Of a stretch of DNA of 64,000 bases, positions 43,437-54,990 are shown piece by piece. This stretch comes from an uncultured Lachnospiraceae bacterium. GTDB lineage: Bacteria; Bacillota; Clostridia; Lachnospirales; Lachnospiraceae. How positions within the stretch are numbered: position 1 is the stretch's first letter; every line of letters begins with the position of its first letter. A program made the translations under genes and the position numbers. The notes below the pieces were generated by a model. It was not told the DNA's origin, did no database searches, and saw nothing but the letters and a program-made list of their open reading frames with translations. The stretch spans positions 17,653 to 81,652 of the forward strand of contig CAMNBU010000005.1 in assembly GCA_946533395.1 (NCBI GenBank). Direction: 5' to 3'.

Positions 43437-44403
43437 AGGCGGAGCACAGCGGCTTTCCTCCCGCGTCCTCCTCCTTCACCTGCGATATATACCTGATGAG
43501 CGCCCCGCAGGTGGTGGTATTGTGATACCTCTCGCCGTCGGTAGTTATATACACTATGGCGTTCGGGCTCCCGTGTATGCACTCCCTGCAGGGGTAGTAT
43601 TTTCCGCCCTGGTCGTTTCTGTAGTCTCCCACCGACTGTATGGTCACCGCCTTTATCTCGCGCTTTAAATACATGCAGTCCCGGTAGAGATGATATACCT
43701 TCCCGTATTTGCTGACATATACGGTCCTGCTCTCCTGAGTTGGAGCGAGCACGCCTCCGGAGGGAAATGCCTCCGGCTCTGTCTCGGGTTCCCTCTCATA
43801 CCCCGTGTAGAGCCTTCTCATACTGCTCTGACTGAGATCTATCGACAGAAGCTGCCCCGGTACGAAAGGGATATCCATCCTGTAGTTTATGGTCAGCAGC
43901 ACAAGATCCGCCCCGTCGTACACTATGGCTCCTGTGCAGGTTATCCCGTCGGCTCCTCCCCTTATCATGGTCCTGTTCAGCCAGTCCCTGCCGGCCTCAT
44001 CCATGATACAGGCCTTGAGATACGCGCCTCCTATGGCGGAGTATATGATATTTCTGACGCTGCTCTGTACGGCTTCCGCTATGCCTCCGCCCTCATCATC
44101 CCCTCCCGCAAAGGTCGCGGGCAGAATGGTCTTCACATGCGTATATCCCGCCAGCTCCCCCGCGCATCCGTCCAGCGCGGACTGAAGCCGAAGCTGCACG
44201 GTCATGACATGAAAGAAGAAGGCAAATCCTATGAGGGCCATCATAAACACGGGAAGCACCACCGAAGCCTCCACCGTGATGGAGCCCGGGGAACCGGGGA
44301 AAAATGTCCGGACGGTTTTGATTGGGATTTTTTCGGGTATTTCAGGAGCGTTTGGGGGTATTCTGTAATAAATGCTTTTTTCTTTGATCGACCGTTCAGA
44401 CAT
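43396..44403 (-). CDS. TadE-like protein with a Cys-rich C-terminal extension
   Basis: GSITVEASVVLPVFMMALIGF is a TadE-type N-terminus. The C-terminus carries two G-x-x-YH-x3-C units plus CRECIH and CSACE. The start is placed at MSERS. Confidence 0.6.
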   Translation of the reverse strand: MSERSIKEKSIYYRIPPNAPEIPEKIPIKTVRTFFPGSPGSITVEASVVLPVFMMALIGFAFFFHVMTVQLRLQSALDGCAGELAGYTHVKTILPATFAGGDDEGGGIAEAVQSSVRNIIYSAIGGAYLKACIMDEAGRDWLNRTMIRGGADGITCTGAIVYDGADLVLLTINYRMDIPFVPGQLLSIDLSQSSMRRLYTGYEREPETEPEAFPSGGVLAPTQESRTVYVSKYGKVYHLYRDCMYLKREIKAVTIQSVGDYRNDQGGKYYPCRECIHGSPNAIVYITTDGERYHNTTTCGALIRYISQVKEEDAGGKPLCSACEKRKTKEGEGGE

Positions 44404-44438
44404 TTTTCCCCGGCTCCCCCGACACATTCAAGAACTGA

Positions 44439-46073
44439 TCAATAGGTATGTGACCAGCGTATCTTTATTCTGTTATCCAGCTCATTATCATTCACAAAAA
44501 GACCGGTCAGGGCCGAGAATACCGGCTCGACCTTTATTCTGGCTGTGACCTCCATGGCATAAATGCAGCTTCCGAATGAGAACACTACATCCCGTCTTTT
44601 CATATCCCACTCGATCGCCTGCATGGTCCTCATGATCTTATCCTCTCTGTTCTCCAGAAACAGAAGTATCCTGAGGTATGCCTTGTAATCTATGCCCCTG
44701 TCACCACTCTCGGCCGCTTCTCCACTGAGAACCTTCGAGACGCATTCTCCCAGAGTTGTCGTCCATTCATCGGCACTCTTTACTATGGGTAGCTTCTCGC
44801 CCTTACACAGTGCCCTGACATCCAGTATCGATTCGCAGTAGGCCCAAGCAGCCACAAGCATGAGTTCTATAAGCTTTATTATCAGGGCATTGCCCGTCCA
44901 GCCCACCATGGCCACGGCCTTCTCCTTCGCCTGCTCATAGAGCTGCGGGTTCGCGAGTATCGTCACACTGTTAAAGGCAGTCCTGACGCCCGAAATGGCC
45001 GCCACGGTGGCGAGCAGATTCGCCTTGTCCGAATCGTGACCCCACAGCACATACTCTACCTCGTACTGCATACCGGAGGCGTGTTTATCCACCGTATAGT
45101 ACGAGAGATAGCGAAGGATATACTCACCGAACAGAACGGAATTCAGCAGGGTGTCTCCGCCTCCCATGCCAATGCCGTGGTTCTCCCCCGGCGACAGAGT
45201 CGGCTCCTTGTCGGTCCCCGAGATGCCCTCCGTATCTCCCAGATAGAAGGTCAGCCCGACATCCGTGAGAAGCTCCTTCACCTGCGCGATGATGCTCTTG
45301 TTTACCTCATCCTCCACCTTCTGAGCCTTGTCGGGCTCTGAAGTCGTCTCCTCCTCGGTCGTACTCTCCCCGGAAGCATTTTCGGTGCTCTCCTGCTGTG
45401 TATCCCCCGGACCGGTCGACTCCTCCCCCGTCCCGGAGGACTCGGGGAGCGACTCCTCTTCTGCCGAAGTTGAGGTATCTGCCGGGTAAGTTTCTAAGGT
45501 GCTCTCCTGCGATGAAGACTCCTCTGCCTCCAGCGACTCCTCCTCGGCGAACACCTCCTTCCAGTCGGTGTTCTCATACTCGGAATCCGCGTCATCCAGA
45601 TAGTCCTTTGCGGAATTCGCGTTATCGAGCAGTGTGGAGAAATGCGTGAGTTCATTTGCGAGCGAGGTGACCTCCAGGACCTTCATGAGTTCCACGACCT
45701 CCCTCTCAAAAAATATGCCGTGATCATCCACCGCATAGTATCTGTCGTTCACCCACACATACGGATCGTGATACCTTAGCAGATCGGCTCCGGAAGGAGA
45801 AAGGCTGGCCGCAGCCATGTATGCCGCCAGCTTCGCCTCCTCGTAACCTCCCGAAAGCTCCTCATTGTAAAAAAGCAGGCCGTATTCGCCGTACAGATCG
45901 GCATCATACTCCGAAAAAAGACTCCCGAGAGCGCTTCTGATGCTCAGACCCGCGTTGACCCTGACTGCGCTCTGGTGTGCCCTCTCAAGCATCACCCCTA
46001 TCAGTCCCGCCAGAAGCAGAAACACCATGGCGCAGTATACGGTTATCGCCCCCGGGGCGGACCGCCCCCTCAC
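44439..46073 (-). CDS. Tad-associated membrane-anchored protein with an acidic Ser/Thr/Glu-rich insert, function unknown
   Basis: N-terminal TM helix (AITVYCAMVFLLLAGLIGVML). It lies inside the Tad cluster directly after the pilin gene. The GTG start is uncertain. Confidence 0.5.
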   Translation of the reverse strand: MRGRSAPGAITVYCAMVFLLLAGLIGVMLERAHQSAVRVNAGLSIRSALGSLFSEYDADLYGEYGLLFYNEELSGGYEEAKLAAYMAAASLSPSGADLLRYHDPYVWVNDRYYAVDDHGIFFEREVVELMKVLEVTSLANELTHFSTLLDNANSAKDYLDDADSEYENTDWKEVFAEEESLEAEESSSQESTLETYPADTSTSAEEESLPESSGTGEESTGPGDTQQESTENASGESTTEEETTSEPDKAQKVEDEVNKSIIAQVKELLTDVGLTFYLGDTEGISGTDKEPTLSPGENHGIGMGGGDTLLNSVLFGEYILRYLSYYTVDKHASGMQYEVEYVLWGHDSDKANLLATVAAISGVRTAFNSVTILANPQLYEQAKEKAVAMVGWTGNALIIKLIELMLVAAWAYCESILDVRALCKGEKLPIVKSADEWTTTLGECVSKVLSGEAAESGDRGIDYKAYLRILLFLENREDKIMRTMQAIEWDMKRRDVVFSFGSCIYAMEVTARIKVEPVFSALTGLFVNDNELDNRIKIRWSHTY

Positions 46074-46075
46074 GG

Positions 46076-46300
46076 CTAATAGATCTGCTGTGCGTTCTCT
46101 GTGATGCTCTGGAAAACGCGCTGCACAAGTGCCGTGATCTGGTTTCTAAATATGAGCACCAGCGCCACGAGCACACAGATGATCAAAATGATCTCCACCG
46201 TTGAGATCCCCTTGTTATCAAGTCTTCCTGTTTCGACTGCCTTCTCGCCGGCTTCCTCCCCGGCGAAGATATCGTTCATCTCTTCATACATTTCTGACAT
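46076..46300 (-). CDS. Flp-type (type IVc) pilin with a long acidic leader
   Basis: ...DNKG/ISTVEIILIICVLVALVLIF shows the Gly, +5 Glu and hydrophobic helix typical of Flp prepilins. Confidence 0.6.
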   Translation of the reverse strand: MSEMYEEMNDIFAGEEAGEKAVETGRLDNKGISTVEIILIICVLVALVLIFRNQITALVQRVFQSITENAQQIY

Positions 46301-46322
46301 TTTTCTCCTCCCTGGTTAGTGT

Positions 46323-47678
46323 TTATAGTTTCATACCCATCCATGCGGGTACGACGACCATGGCGATGACCAGACCGAACAGAAGCATGGTCGGTATGAG
46401 CAGCCGGCTTCCGGCAGTCTCTCCCTGTCTGGCGGCCGTCCTTTTTCTCAGTTCAAACGCGTCCGCTGCCTCCTTCTCCATGAGCCCTGCCAGTTCCACC
46501 GTGCCCTTCTTTATGCTCTGTTCGAGCAGTGTGCCGAGCCTCCTGTAGGCGTACAGGCTGCACCTTCTGCCGAACTCGTCAAATACGCCCTCGCTGTAGC
46601 CGTTCACCCTGAGGACTCTTGCCGTGGTAAGAGCCTCTGAGAAGCCCTCACCGCCTTCGCCGCTTTTTTCGTAGTCCGATGCCAGCTTTTCCCATGCCCC
46701 GGGGACTCCGAGTCCCGCGTGAAACAGTATTGCCAGCTTCGACACTATCCGCGGATAATCAGCCTCGAGCGAATGGATCCTTCTCTCATAGCTCTCATCC
46801 GCCTTTCTGTCGCGCCACAGTGGCATCAGCAGCGCGCACACCGCCGCCAGAAGCGCAAGCACGAAATAAGTGCTGTCTCCCGGCCGCTTGAAAGAGAGCT
46901 CGCTGTCGTTAAAGCTTGACGGCAGAGCTGCGTTCTTCTGTTCGCTCCCCTCTATTTCATTGTTTATATAGGCTTCAAGAGCCTCCTTCTCGTAATCCTT
47001 ATCCGGGGGCAGCAGTCTCACATTTACCGTATAATCCCGGTAATAGCCTCCGTAGCTTATGGTGAGACCGAGGCTCTCCTGCGCCCCTTCCTCTGTGACC
47101 TCAGCGTCAATGGTTCCTGTGACTCCTATCAGACTGCCCCGCCTCATCTGCCACGTGAGCTTCGTGCCGTCACTCAGTCCGCTGATCAGATCAAGATCGG
47201 TCCTCACCTCATCCAGACTGACATTGTCACCAAGTATGCGTTCCGTTACCACCCGGTATCTCTCCTCGAAAAAAGCATCCAGTTCCTCCTGTGTGGGCGT
47301 TCTCTCACCCACCTGAAGGCTTATGTTTAGCTCCTTCTCGCCTTCCACAGCCACCAGCTCGACACTGCGGCCTCCCTCTCCGAAATCAGGCCTTGAGATA
47401 TGCGTGACATTTCTGCTTCTCTCCTCAAGTCCTGCCAGAAGGATGAATATCAGACAGACACCTGTAAGCAGCGCAGGAAGCGCCAGTCTCATCCTCAGCT
47501 CCCTGCGGTACACAGACTCGTCAGCTCTCCCGCCCGCCATGCTTGCGATGGCTCTTCTTCTCTCATCACCGAGTCTTTTTTTCCAGCCCTCATACACACG
47601 CTCGAAGGCCTGCGGAATACAGATCAGCGCCAGAAGGCATAAAAGGATCGCCGCAGCGGCGGCTGTAACATATATCAT
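46323..47678 (-). CDS. TadC-like T2SS-F-domain platform protein with a large extracytoplasmic insert
   Basis: The C-terminus has a T2SSF-like helical region and terminal TM helices. The start is set at the ATG that overlaps the tadB stop (TGATG). Confidence 0.6.
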   Translation of the reverse strand: MIYVTAAAAAILLCLLALICIPQAFERVYEGWKKRLGDERRRAIASMAGGRADESVYRRELRMRLALPALLTGVCLIFILLAGLEERSRNVTHISRPDFGEGGRSVELVAVEGEKELNISLQVGERTPTQEELDAFFEERYRVVTERILGDNVSLDEVRTDLDLISGLSDGTKLTWQMRRGSLIGVTGTIDAEVTEEGAQESLGLTISYGGYYRDYTVNVRLLPPDKDYEKEALEAYINNEIEGSEQKNAALPSSFNDSELSFKRPGDSTYFVLALLAAVCALLMPLWRDRKADESYERRIHSLEADYPRIVSKLAILFHAGLGVPGAWEKLASDYEKSGEGGEGFSEALTTARVLRVNGYSEGVFDEFGRRCSLYAYRRLGTLLEQSIKKGTVELAGLMEKEAADAFELRKRTAARQGETAGSRLLIPTMLLFGLVIAMVVVPAWMGMKL

Positions 47679-48439
47679 CACATACCTATCCTCAAAAAGC
47701 TCCTGCCCAGCCCGTACGCGAGGCAGTACAGCAAAAGACACACGCTCATGAACACCCTTCCCCAGAGGGTCTCGTAGAGAACGCTCACCAGATCATAGCT
47801 TGAGAGCTGCATGTATACCGCGATAAATGCCGGCATGACACACATGATACCCAGCTCAAGTCTTTTTTCGGTGAGCTTTATCACTATCTCCTCCTCCACG
47901 GAAAGCTCCTGCTCGAGCTGCGCGGCAAATGTCTTCAATAGTCCTCCGATCCTGCCGGCTCCCCGCTTGGAAAAGCTTATGAGTCCGGCCAGCTCCGAAG
48001 CCTCTGTCAGCCCCGTCCTCTTCGCGAAATCCGAAAATGCCTCCTCGGCGCTCTCCCTCATGGCTATGCGTCTCTCCATCAGCCTCCAGTTCTTCAAAAA
48101 CTCCGAGTCCATCGACCACATGGCCCCCAGCTGGCTGCCGGTCCTGCAGATGCCCTGCTCCAGTGAGGCACCGGCCGCAAGCTCGGCGGAGAGGACTATG
48201 CAGGCATCCCGGCAGCTCCTCCTCATGGCATTCTTCTGCTTTGAGCGCTCTGCCTTCACGCCGTTCACATACACGCATATCGCAAACGGAAGCGCCAGCG
48301 GGAAGAAAGCGAATTCCCTGAAAAAGCTCCAGGTTATCGCAATGCATACTCCTGACGCCACCGCCAGTGACTTCGGGTCAATAATACCCCGAGAGTCTTG
48401 CGGTGTTTTTAAGCTCCCCTGTTTTTTTGAGAACAACAT
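47678..48439 (-). CDS. TadB-like T2SS-F-domain platform protein
   Basis: Size, TM pattern and position between the ATPase and the TadC-like gene support the call. Confidence 0.6.
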   Translation of the reverse strand: MLFSKKQGSLKTPQDSRGIIDPKSLAVASGVCIAITWSFFREFAFFPLALPFAICVYVNGVKAERSKQKNAMRRSCRDACIVLSAELAAGASLEQGICRTGSQLGAMWSMDSEFLKNWRLMERRIAMRESAEEAFSDFAKRTGLTEASELAGLISFSKRGAGRIGGLLKTFAAQLEQELSVEEEIVIKLTEKRLELGIMCVMPAFIAVYMQLSSYDLVSVLYETLWGRVFMSVCLLLYCLAYGLGRSFLRIGM

Positions 48440-49562
48440 TTCCCTCCTCCGTGCACAACTCGAAGAGACTGTGTATCTCCACCTCTCCGTCCACGTATCC
48501 GCCTACCTCGCATATGTGGGTCACGCGCCTTCTTCCGTCGTGAAATCGCGACACCTGCACTATGATATCCACCGCTGAGGCTATCTGCCCCCTGATGGCC
48601 GCAAGCGGCAGCTCCACTCCGCTCATGAGGCACATGGTCTCCAGCCTCTTTATCGTGTCGGCCGGATTGTTCGCATGCAAAGTGGATAGAGCCCCTTCAT
48701 GACCCGTGTTGAGCGCGGCGAGGAGATCCACGGCCTCCCCTCCTCTGACCTCTCCAACGATTATCCTGTCGGGGCGCATCCTGAGCGAGGCCTTTATCAG
48801 ATCCCTCACACTCACGCTTTTCACACCCTCCAGATCCGAATTTCTCGTTTCCAGCCTGACGATATTATTAAGACCGGGAAGGTGCAATTCAGCTGAGTCC
48901 TCTATGGTGACCACCCGCTCGTCCTCTGACACAAATCCCGCCAGACAGCCGAGAAGTGTGGTCTTTCCGGAGGAGGTTCCGCCCGATATGATGATCGAAT
49001 AACGGGTCTTTACGAGCTGCGCGAGAAAATCGGCCGCCTGCTGCGTTATGCTGCCGTTTTCTATGAGCGCGCCGAGACTCATCATCCTGCCCGAGAACTT
49101 TCTGATGGTCATCACCGGGCCGTCGAGGGCAATGGGTTCGAGAACGATATTCACCCGTTCTCCGCCGGGCAGACGCGCGTCGACTATCGGAGAGGCTTCA
49201 TTTACCCTTCTGTTAACGTCCGAGACGATCTGCTGGATAAGATCCTCCAGGGCGCGCGGGCTCTCGAAGCGTCTGTCGCAGCGAACAAGTCTTCCGTTTT
49301 TTTCGATGAAGATGTTTTCGGGACCGTTTACCATTATCTCCGTCACATCCGCATCGTCCAGATATGCGCTCAGCACGCCGAGCCTCCTGATCTCGTCAAA
49401 AAGCTCCTTCGCCAGCCTCCTTCTGCCCTCAACACAGAGAGAGCTTCTCAAAGGACTATCGAATATACAGCTGTCTATAACGGAGCGCACCTGCTCATCA
49501 TCCGGATCATTCATTTGCGACAGTGTGCCGAGCACCTGTGCCCTTATATCATACGCATCCAC
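48378..49562 (-). CDS. CpaF/TadA-family secretion ATPase
   Basis: Walker A GGTSSGKTT, Asp box and Walker B-like RIIVGEVRG, and a His box TGHEGALSTLH. Confidence 0.85.
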   Translation of the reverse strand: MDAYDIRAQVLGTLSQMNDPDDEQVRSVIDSCIFDSPLRSSLCVEGRRRLAKELFDEIRRLGVLSAYLDDADVTEIMVNGPENIFIEKNGRLVRCDRRFESPRALEDLIQQIVSDVNRRVNEASPIVDARLPGGERVNIVLEPIALDGPVMTIRKFSGRMMSLGALIENGSITQQAADFLAQLVKTRYSIIISGGTSSGKTTLLGCLAGFVSEDERVVTIEDSAELHLPGLNNIVRLETRNSDLEGVKSVSVRDLIKASLRMRPDRIIVGEVRGGEAVDLLAALNTGHEGALSTLHANNPADTIKRLETMCLMSGVELPLAAIRGQIASAVDIIVQVSRFHDGRRRVTHICEVGGYVDGEVEIHSLFELCTEEGNVVLKKTGELKNTARLSGYY

Positions 49563-50508
49563 TTATCATGCTCCCGACATAATCATACAGCTCACCCTTA
49601 AATACTGCCGCGCGCAGATCCTCGGGACCCGCCCCCTCCGGTATCGTCTGCGACAGAGGGCCCACGCTTTTTATCCTTTTACAGATCTCGGGCGAGGTGT
49701 TCTCCATCCACGAAAGAAATGCCGTGCATTTGCATCTGGACAGCATATCGTTCTTCTGCGGCATAAAAACATTCTCGCACATCTCCATGACAGGGCGGGT
49801 ATCGCTCACCGCGTTACCTATATCTATGACGGTATACTTGTACTGCCCCGCAAAAAGCAGGGTGCAAAGGAGCTCCGAAAGCTGTGCGGGCGCGAGCCTT
49901 CTTACATCCTCCGGGCTCACCGCCTGGGCAATGTAATCAAAGCCCCTGTGTCTGGTGATGAGCTCGGTGGCCTTTTGTTCCAGCTCCCCCTGCAGATAGT
50001 AGTAGATGACGTCCGACAGGCTCGCCTGCGGACTTCCGAGGATGGCGGAAATCGTCCCGAACTCGTCCAGACTTATAAAGAGCGTGCTTCCGGACTGCGC
50101 CAAAACAGCCGAAAGGCAGAGGCCTATCATCGTCTTCTGGACTCCTCCCAGAGGCGAATACACTCCGAAGATGCGTCCCGTGTCACTGATCTGGCCGCGG
50201 CTCCTCTGTATCCTCTCGTACTCCTGCGCCAGCTCGGCCGCAGTCACGCTCGCGGGCTGGTACTTGAATATTCCCCCGCCCTTCTTCTCCTCAGTCAGAG
50301 CTATGAAGCTGCACCCCTGAGGTGCGGCGTTTGAGAGCTCCTCATTTGCAAGAAGCATTACGAGCTTTCTCTTCTGCGAAAAAGTGCTTATCATCCCGGG
50401 GGCCGAAAACTCCACGATCTCCGGCAGCCCGCGCTTGCCTGCGAGGGCATTTGTGAGGGCCGATGAGTAAGCGCTGTCCGCGTCATATATTCCCAGATAT
50501 TCTTCCAT
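49549..50508 (-). CDS. TadZ/CpaE-like ParA/MinD-fold protein with a degenerate Walker A
   Basis: Position and size fit TadZ. The P-loop position reads SPLGGVQKT instead of KGGxGK[ST]. Confidence 0.5.
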   Translation of the reverse strand: MEEYLGIYDADSAYSSALTNALAGKRGLPEIVEFSAPGMISTFSQKRKLVMLLANEELSNAAPQGCSFIALTEEKKGGGIFKYQPASVTAAELAQEYERIQRSRGQISDTGRIFGVYSPLGGVQKTMIGLCLSAVLAQSGSTLFISLDEFGTISAILGSPQASLSDVIYYYLQGELEQKATELITRHRGFDYIAQAVSPEDVRRLAPAQLSELLCTLLFAGQYKYTVIDIGNAVSDTRPVMEMCENVFMPQKNDMLSRCKCTAFLSWMENTSPEICKRIKSVGPLSQTIPEGAGPEDLRAAVFKGELYDYVGSMISGCV

Positions 50509-50558
50509 ATTTCAAAAACCGGCTGCCCCGCAGCCCCTCCACGGGTTCTGTGCGACCT

Positions 50559-50586
50559 ATTTTAGTCGTATTTTTCTGCCTGTCAA
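50559..50586 (-). promoter_or_regulatory. Sigma-A-type promoter of the Tad operon
   Basis: On the minus strand: TTGACA, a 16-nt spacer, then TAAAAT, about 45 nt before the first start codon. Confidence 0.6.
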
Positions 50587-50683
50587 CGGGACTGCCTGTG
50601 CGGATTCTGCGCGTATTTCATGGACTTTGTGGAATTATTCACCCCCTGTGAAAGGTACCGTTCACAAACTCTTTGCAGTACAA

Positions 50684-50730
50684 CAAAAAAAGACCCGCGA
50701 AGGTTCACAGGCAGTGAACCTTCACAGATC
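50684..50730 (-). terminator. Intrinsic terminator of the atp operon
   Basis: Core stem GAAGGTTCAC/GTGAACCTTC, extendable by GATCTGT/GCGGGTC with G-U pairs, followed by T7. Confidence 0.75.
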
Positions 50731-50760
50731 TTTAAATCTTTTTGTATAAAATGACGAAAT

Positions 50761-51180
50761 TTATTTTTGGTCGGAATCATTGACCGCGCGAAGCCTCACA
50801 AGAGATCTCTGAAGTGCCAGCTCGGCTCTCATAAGGTTCATATTGGGACCGTAGCGCGCGATCTGCCTCTCGGCTCTCTTCCTCGCGAGCTCCGCTCTTG
50901 CCGTATCGATCTCCTCGGGCCACTCTATCACCTCGGCCAGTATCCTGACCTCCTCCGGCTCTATCTCAAGAAATCCCGAGTGAAGGGCGGCGATCTTTCT
51001 ACCGGACTCCTCGTGTATCACGAGCTCTCCGGGTGCTATTATGCAGGTCTCCTCCACATGTCCGGGGAGAACACCCCTCTCACCCTCAGTGGTGCAGAAC
51101 TCCACCATAGTGACATCGCCCTCGTAGAACACGCGGTCGGGCGCTGCCACAAGAAGATGCATCGTCTTTGTATCAGCCAT
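50761..51180 (-). CDS. atpC: F1 ATP synthase epsilon subunit
   Basis: Size, position after atpD and family-like sequence. Confidence 0.85.
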   Translation of the reverse strand: MADTKTMHLLVAAPDRVFYEGDVTMVEFCTTEGERGVLPGHVEETCIIAPGELVIHEESGRKIAALHSGFLEIEPEEVRILAEVIEWPEEIDTARAELARKRAERQIARYGPNMNLMRAELALQRSLVRLRAVNDSDQK

Positions 51181-51189
51181 AGCGGCCTC

Positions 51190-53440
<2,251 letters not shown>

Positions 53441-53456
53441 GGTAACACCTCTTGGC

Positions 53457-54962
53457 CTATTTAAAATCGGCCTTAAAATCCTCTATAGCCTCCGTGAGTT
53501 TCTTCTCGACCTCGTCGGTCAGGTCCTTGCCCTGCCTGAGCAAATCGATGAGCTCCGGATACTTCGTATCAATAAATTCAAACAGTTCCTTCTCGAAGCG
53601 CGCTATGTCGGCCACAGCAATGTCGAGCAGGTACTTTCTGGTCGCCGCAAATATGATGATGACCTGATATTCCACGGGCATGGGGCTGTACTGGCTCTGC
53701 TTAAGTATCTCGCGGATCCTCTCACCCTGTGCGAGCTTCTGTCTGGTATCGTCATCGAGCTCCGAACCGAACTGAGCGAAAGCTGCCAGCTCTCTGTACT
53801 GAGCCAGCTCCACACGGATGGGCGCGGCGATCTTCTTCATAGCCTTTATCTGCGCGGAACCGCCGACACGGCTCACGGAAAGACCCGCATTTACGGCCGG
53901 TCTGAAGCCCGCGTTGAACATCTCCGTCTCGAGATATATCTGTCCGTCGGTTATGGAGATGACATTGGTCGGGATGTATGCCGAGACATCTCCCGCCTGG
54001 GTCTCGATGATGGGCAGCGCCGTGAGTGATCCTCCGCCGTACTCGGGTGCGAGACGGGCGGCTCTCTCGAGCAGTCTCGAGTGCAGATAGAATACGTCAC
54101 CTGGATATGCCTCACGTCCCGGGGGGCGCTTGAGAAGCAGCGAGAGCGTTCTGTAGGCTGCGGCATGCTTTGTCAGATCATCGTAGATGATGAGCACGTC
54201 CTTGCCCTTCTCCATCCACTCCTCGCCCATGGCGCAGCCCGAATAGGGCGCGATATACTGCAGCGGGGCGGGCTCACTTGCCGTGGAAGCCACGACCACG
54301 GTGTAGTCCATGGCTCCGTTCTCCTCGAGGGTCTTCACTATGTTCGCCACAGTGGAGGCCTTCTGGCCGATGGCAACGTATATGCAAAGGACATTCTGTC
54401 CCTTCTGATTGATTATCGTATCTATCGCGATGGCCGTCTTACCGGTCTGGCGGTCGCCTATTATGAGCTCACGCTGTCCTCTTCCGATGGGTACCATCGC
54501 GTCAATGGCCTTGATACCGGTCTGAAGGGGCACGGAAACGCTCTTACGGGTGATGACACCCGGTGCCACCCTCTCTATCCTTCTCGCGCCTGTAGCGTGC
54601 ACAGGGCCCTTGCCGTCAATGGGCTGGCCGAGAGAGTTCACGACTCTTCCTATGAGCGCGTCGCCCACGGGGACCTCCACCACCCTGCCGGTGGTGCGCA
54701 CCTCGTCACCCTCTCTGATGGAGTCCGAATCGCCCATCAGGATGACGCCGACATTGTCCTCCTCAAGGTTCTGCACCATACCGTAGATACCTCCGGGGAA
54801 TTCCAGAAGCTCTCCCTGCATGGCGCTCTCGAGACCGAATACTCTGGCTATGCCGTCCGCCACCTGAATTACGGTACCGGTATCGGCCACATCCAGCTTC
54901 TTCGAAAATCTTCCGATCTCTCTCTTTATTACGGAGCTTATCTCCTCCGGTCTAAGATTCAT
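53457..54962 (-). CDS. atpA: F1 ATP synthase alpha subunit
   Basis: [13 protein letters not shown] start and a GDRQTGKT P-loop. Confidence 0.95.
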   Translation of the reverse strand: MNLRPEEISSVIKREIGRFSKKLDVADTGTVIQVADGIARVFGLESAMQGELLEFPGGIYGMVQNLEEDNVGVILMGDSDSIREGDEVRTTGRVVEVPVGDALIGRVVNSLGQPIDGKGPVHATGARRIERVAPGVITRKSVSVPLQTGIKAIDAMVPIGRGQRELIIGDRQTGKTAIAIDTIINQKGQNVLCIYVAIGQKASTVANIVKTLEENGAMDYTVVVASTASEPAPLQYIAPYSGCAMGEEWMEKGKDVLIIYDDLTKHAAAYRTLSLLLKRPPGREAYPGDVFYLHSRLLERAARLAPEYGGGSLTALPIIETQAGDVSAYIPTNVISITDGQIYLETEMFNAGFRPAVNAGLSVSRVGGSAQIKAMKKIAAPIRVELAQYRELAAFAQFGSELDDDTRQKLAQGERIREILKQSQYSPMPVEYQVIIIFAATRKYLLDIAVADIARFEKELFEFIDTKYPELIDLLRQGKDLTDEVEKKLTEAIEDFKADFK

Positions 54963-54990
54963 GTGGAAAACCACCTTTCATAGAAAATGA

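Noticed and set aside
49048-50334. 428-aa plus-strand ORF. The same class includes 5419..6738, 3865..4692, 4941..5783, 54081..54983 and 43690..44445.
   Set aside because: All are antisense shadows of genes with strong family signatures (CpaF/TadZ, ABC exporter, leuA, mtnN, atpA, TadE-like). They have Arg/Leu/Ser/His-biased composition and no translation signals.
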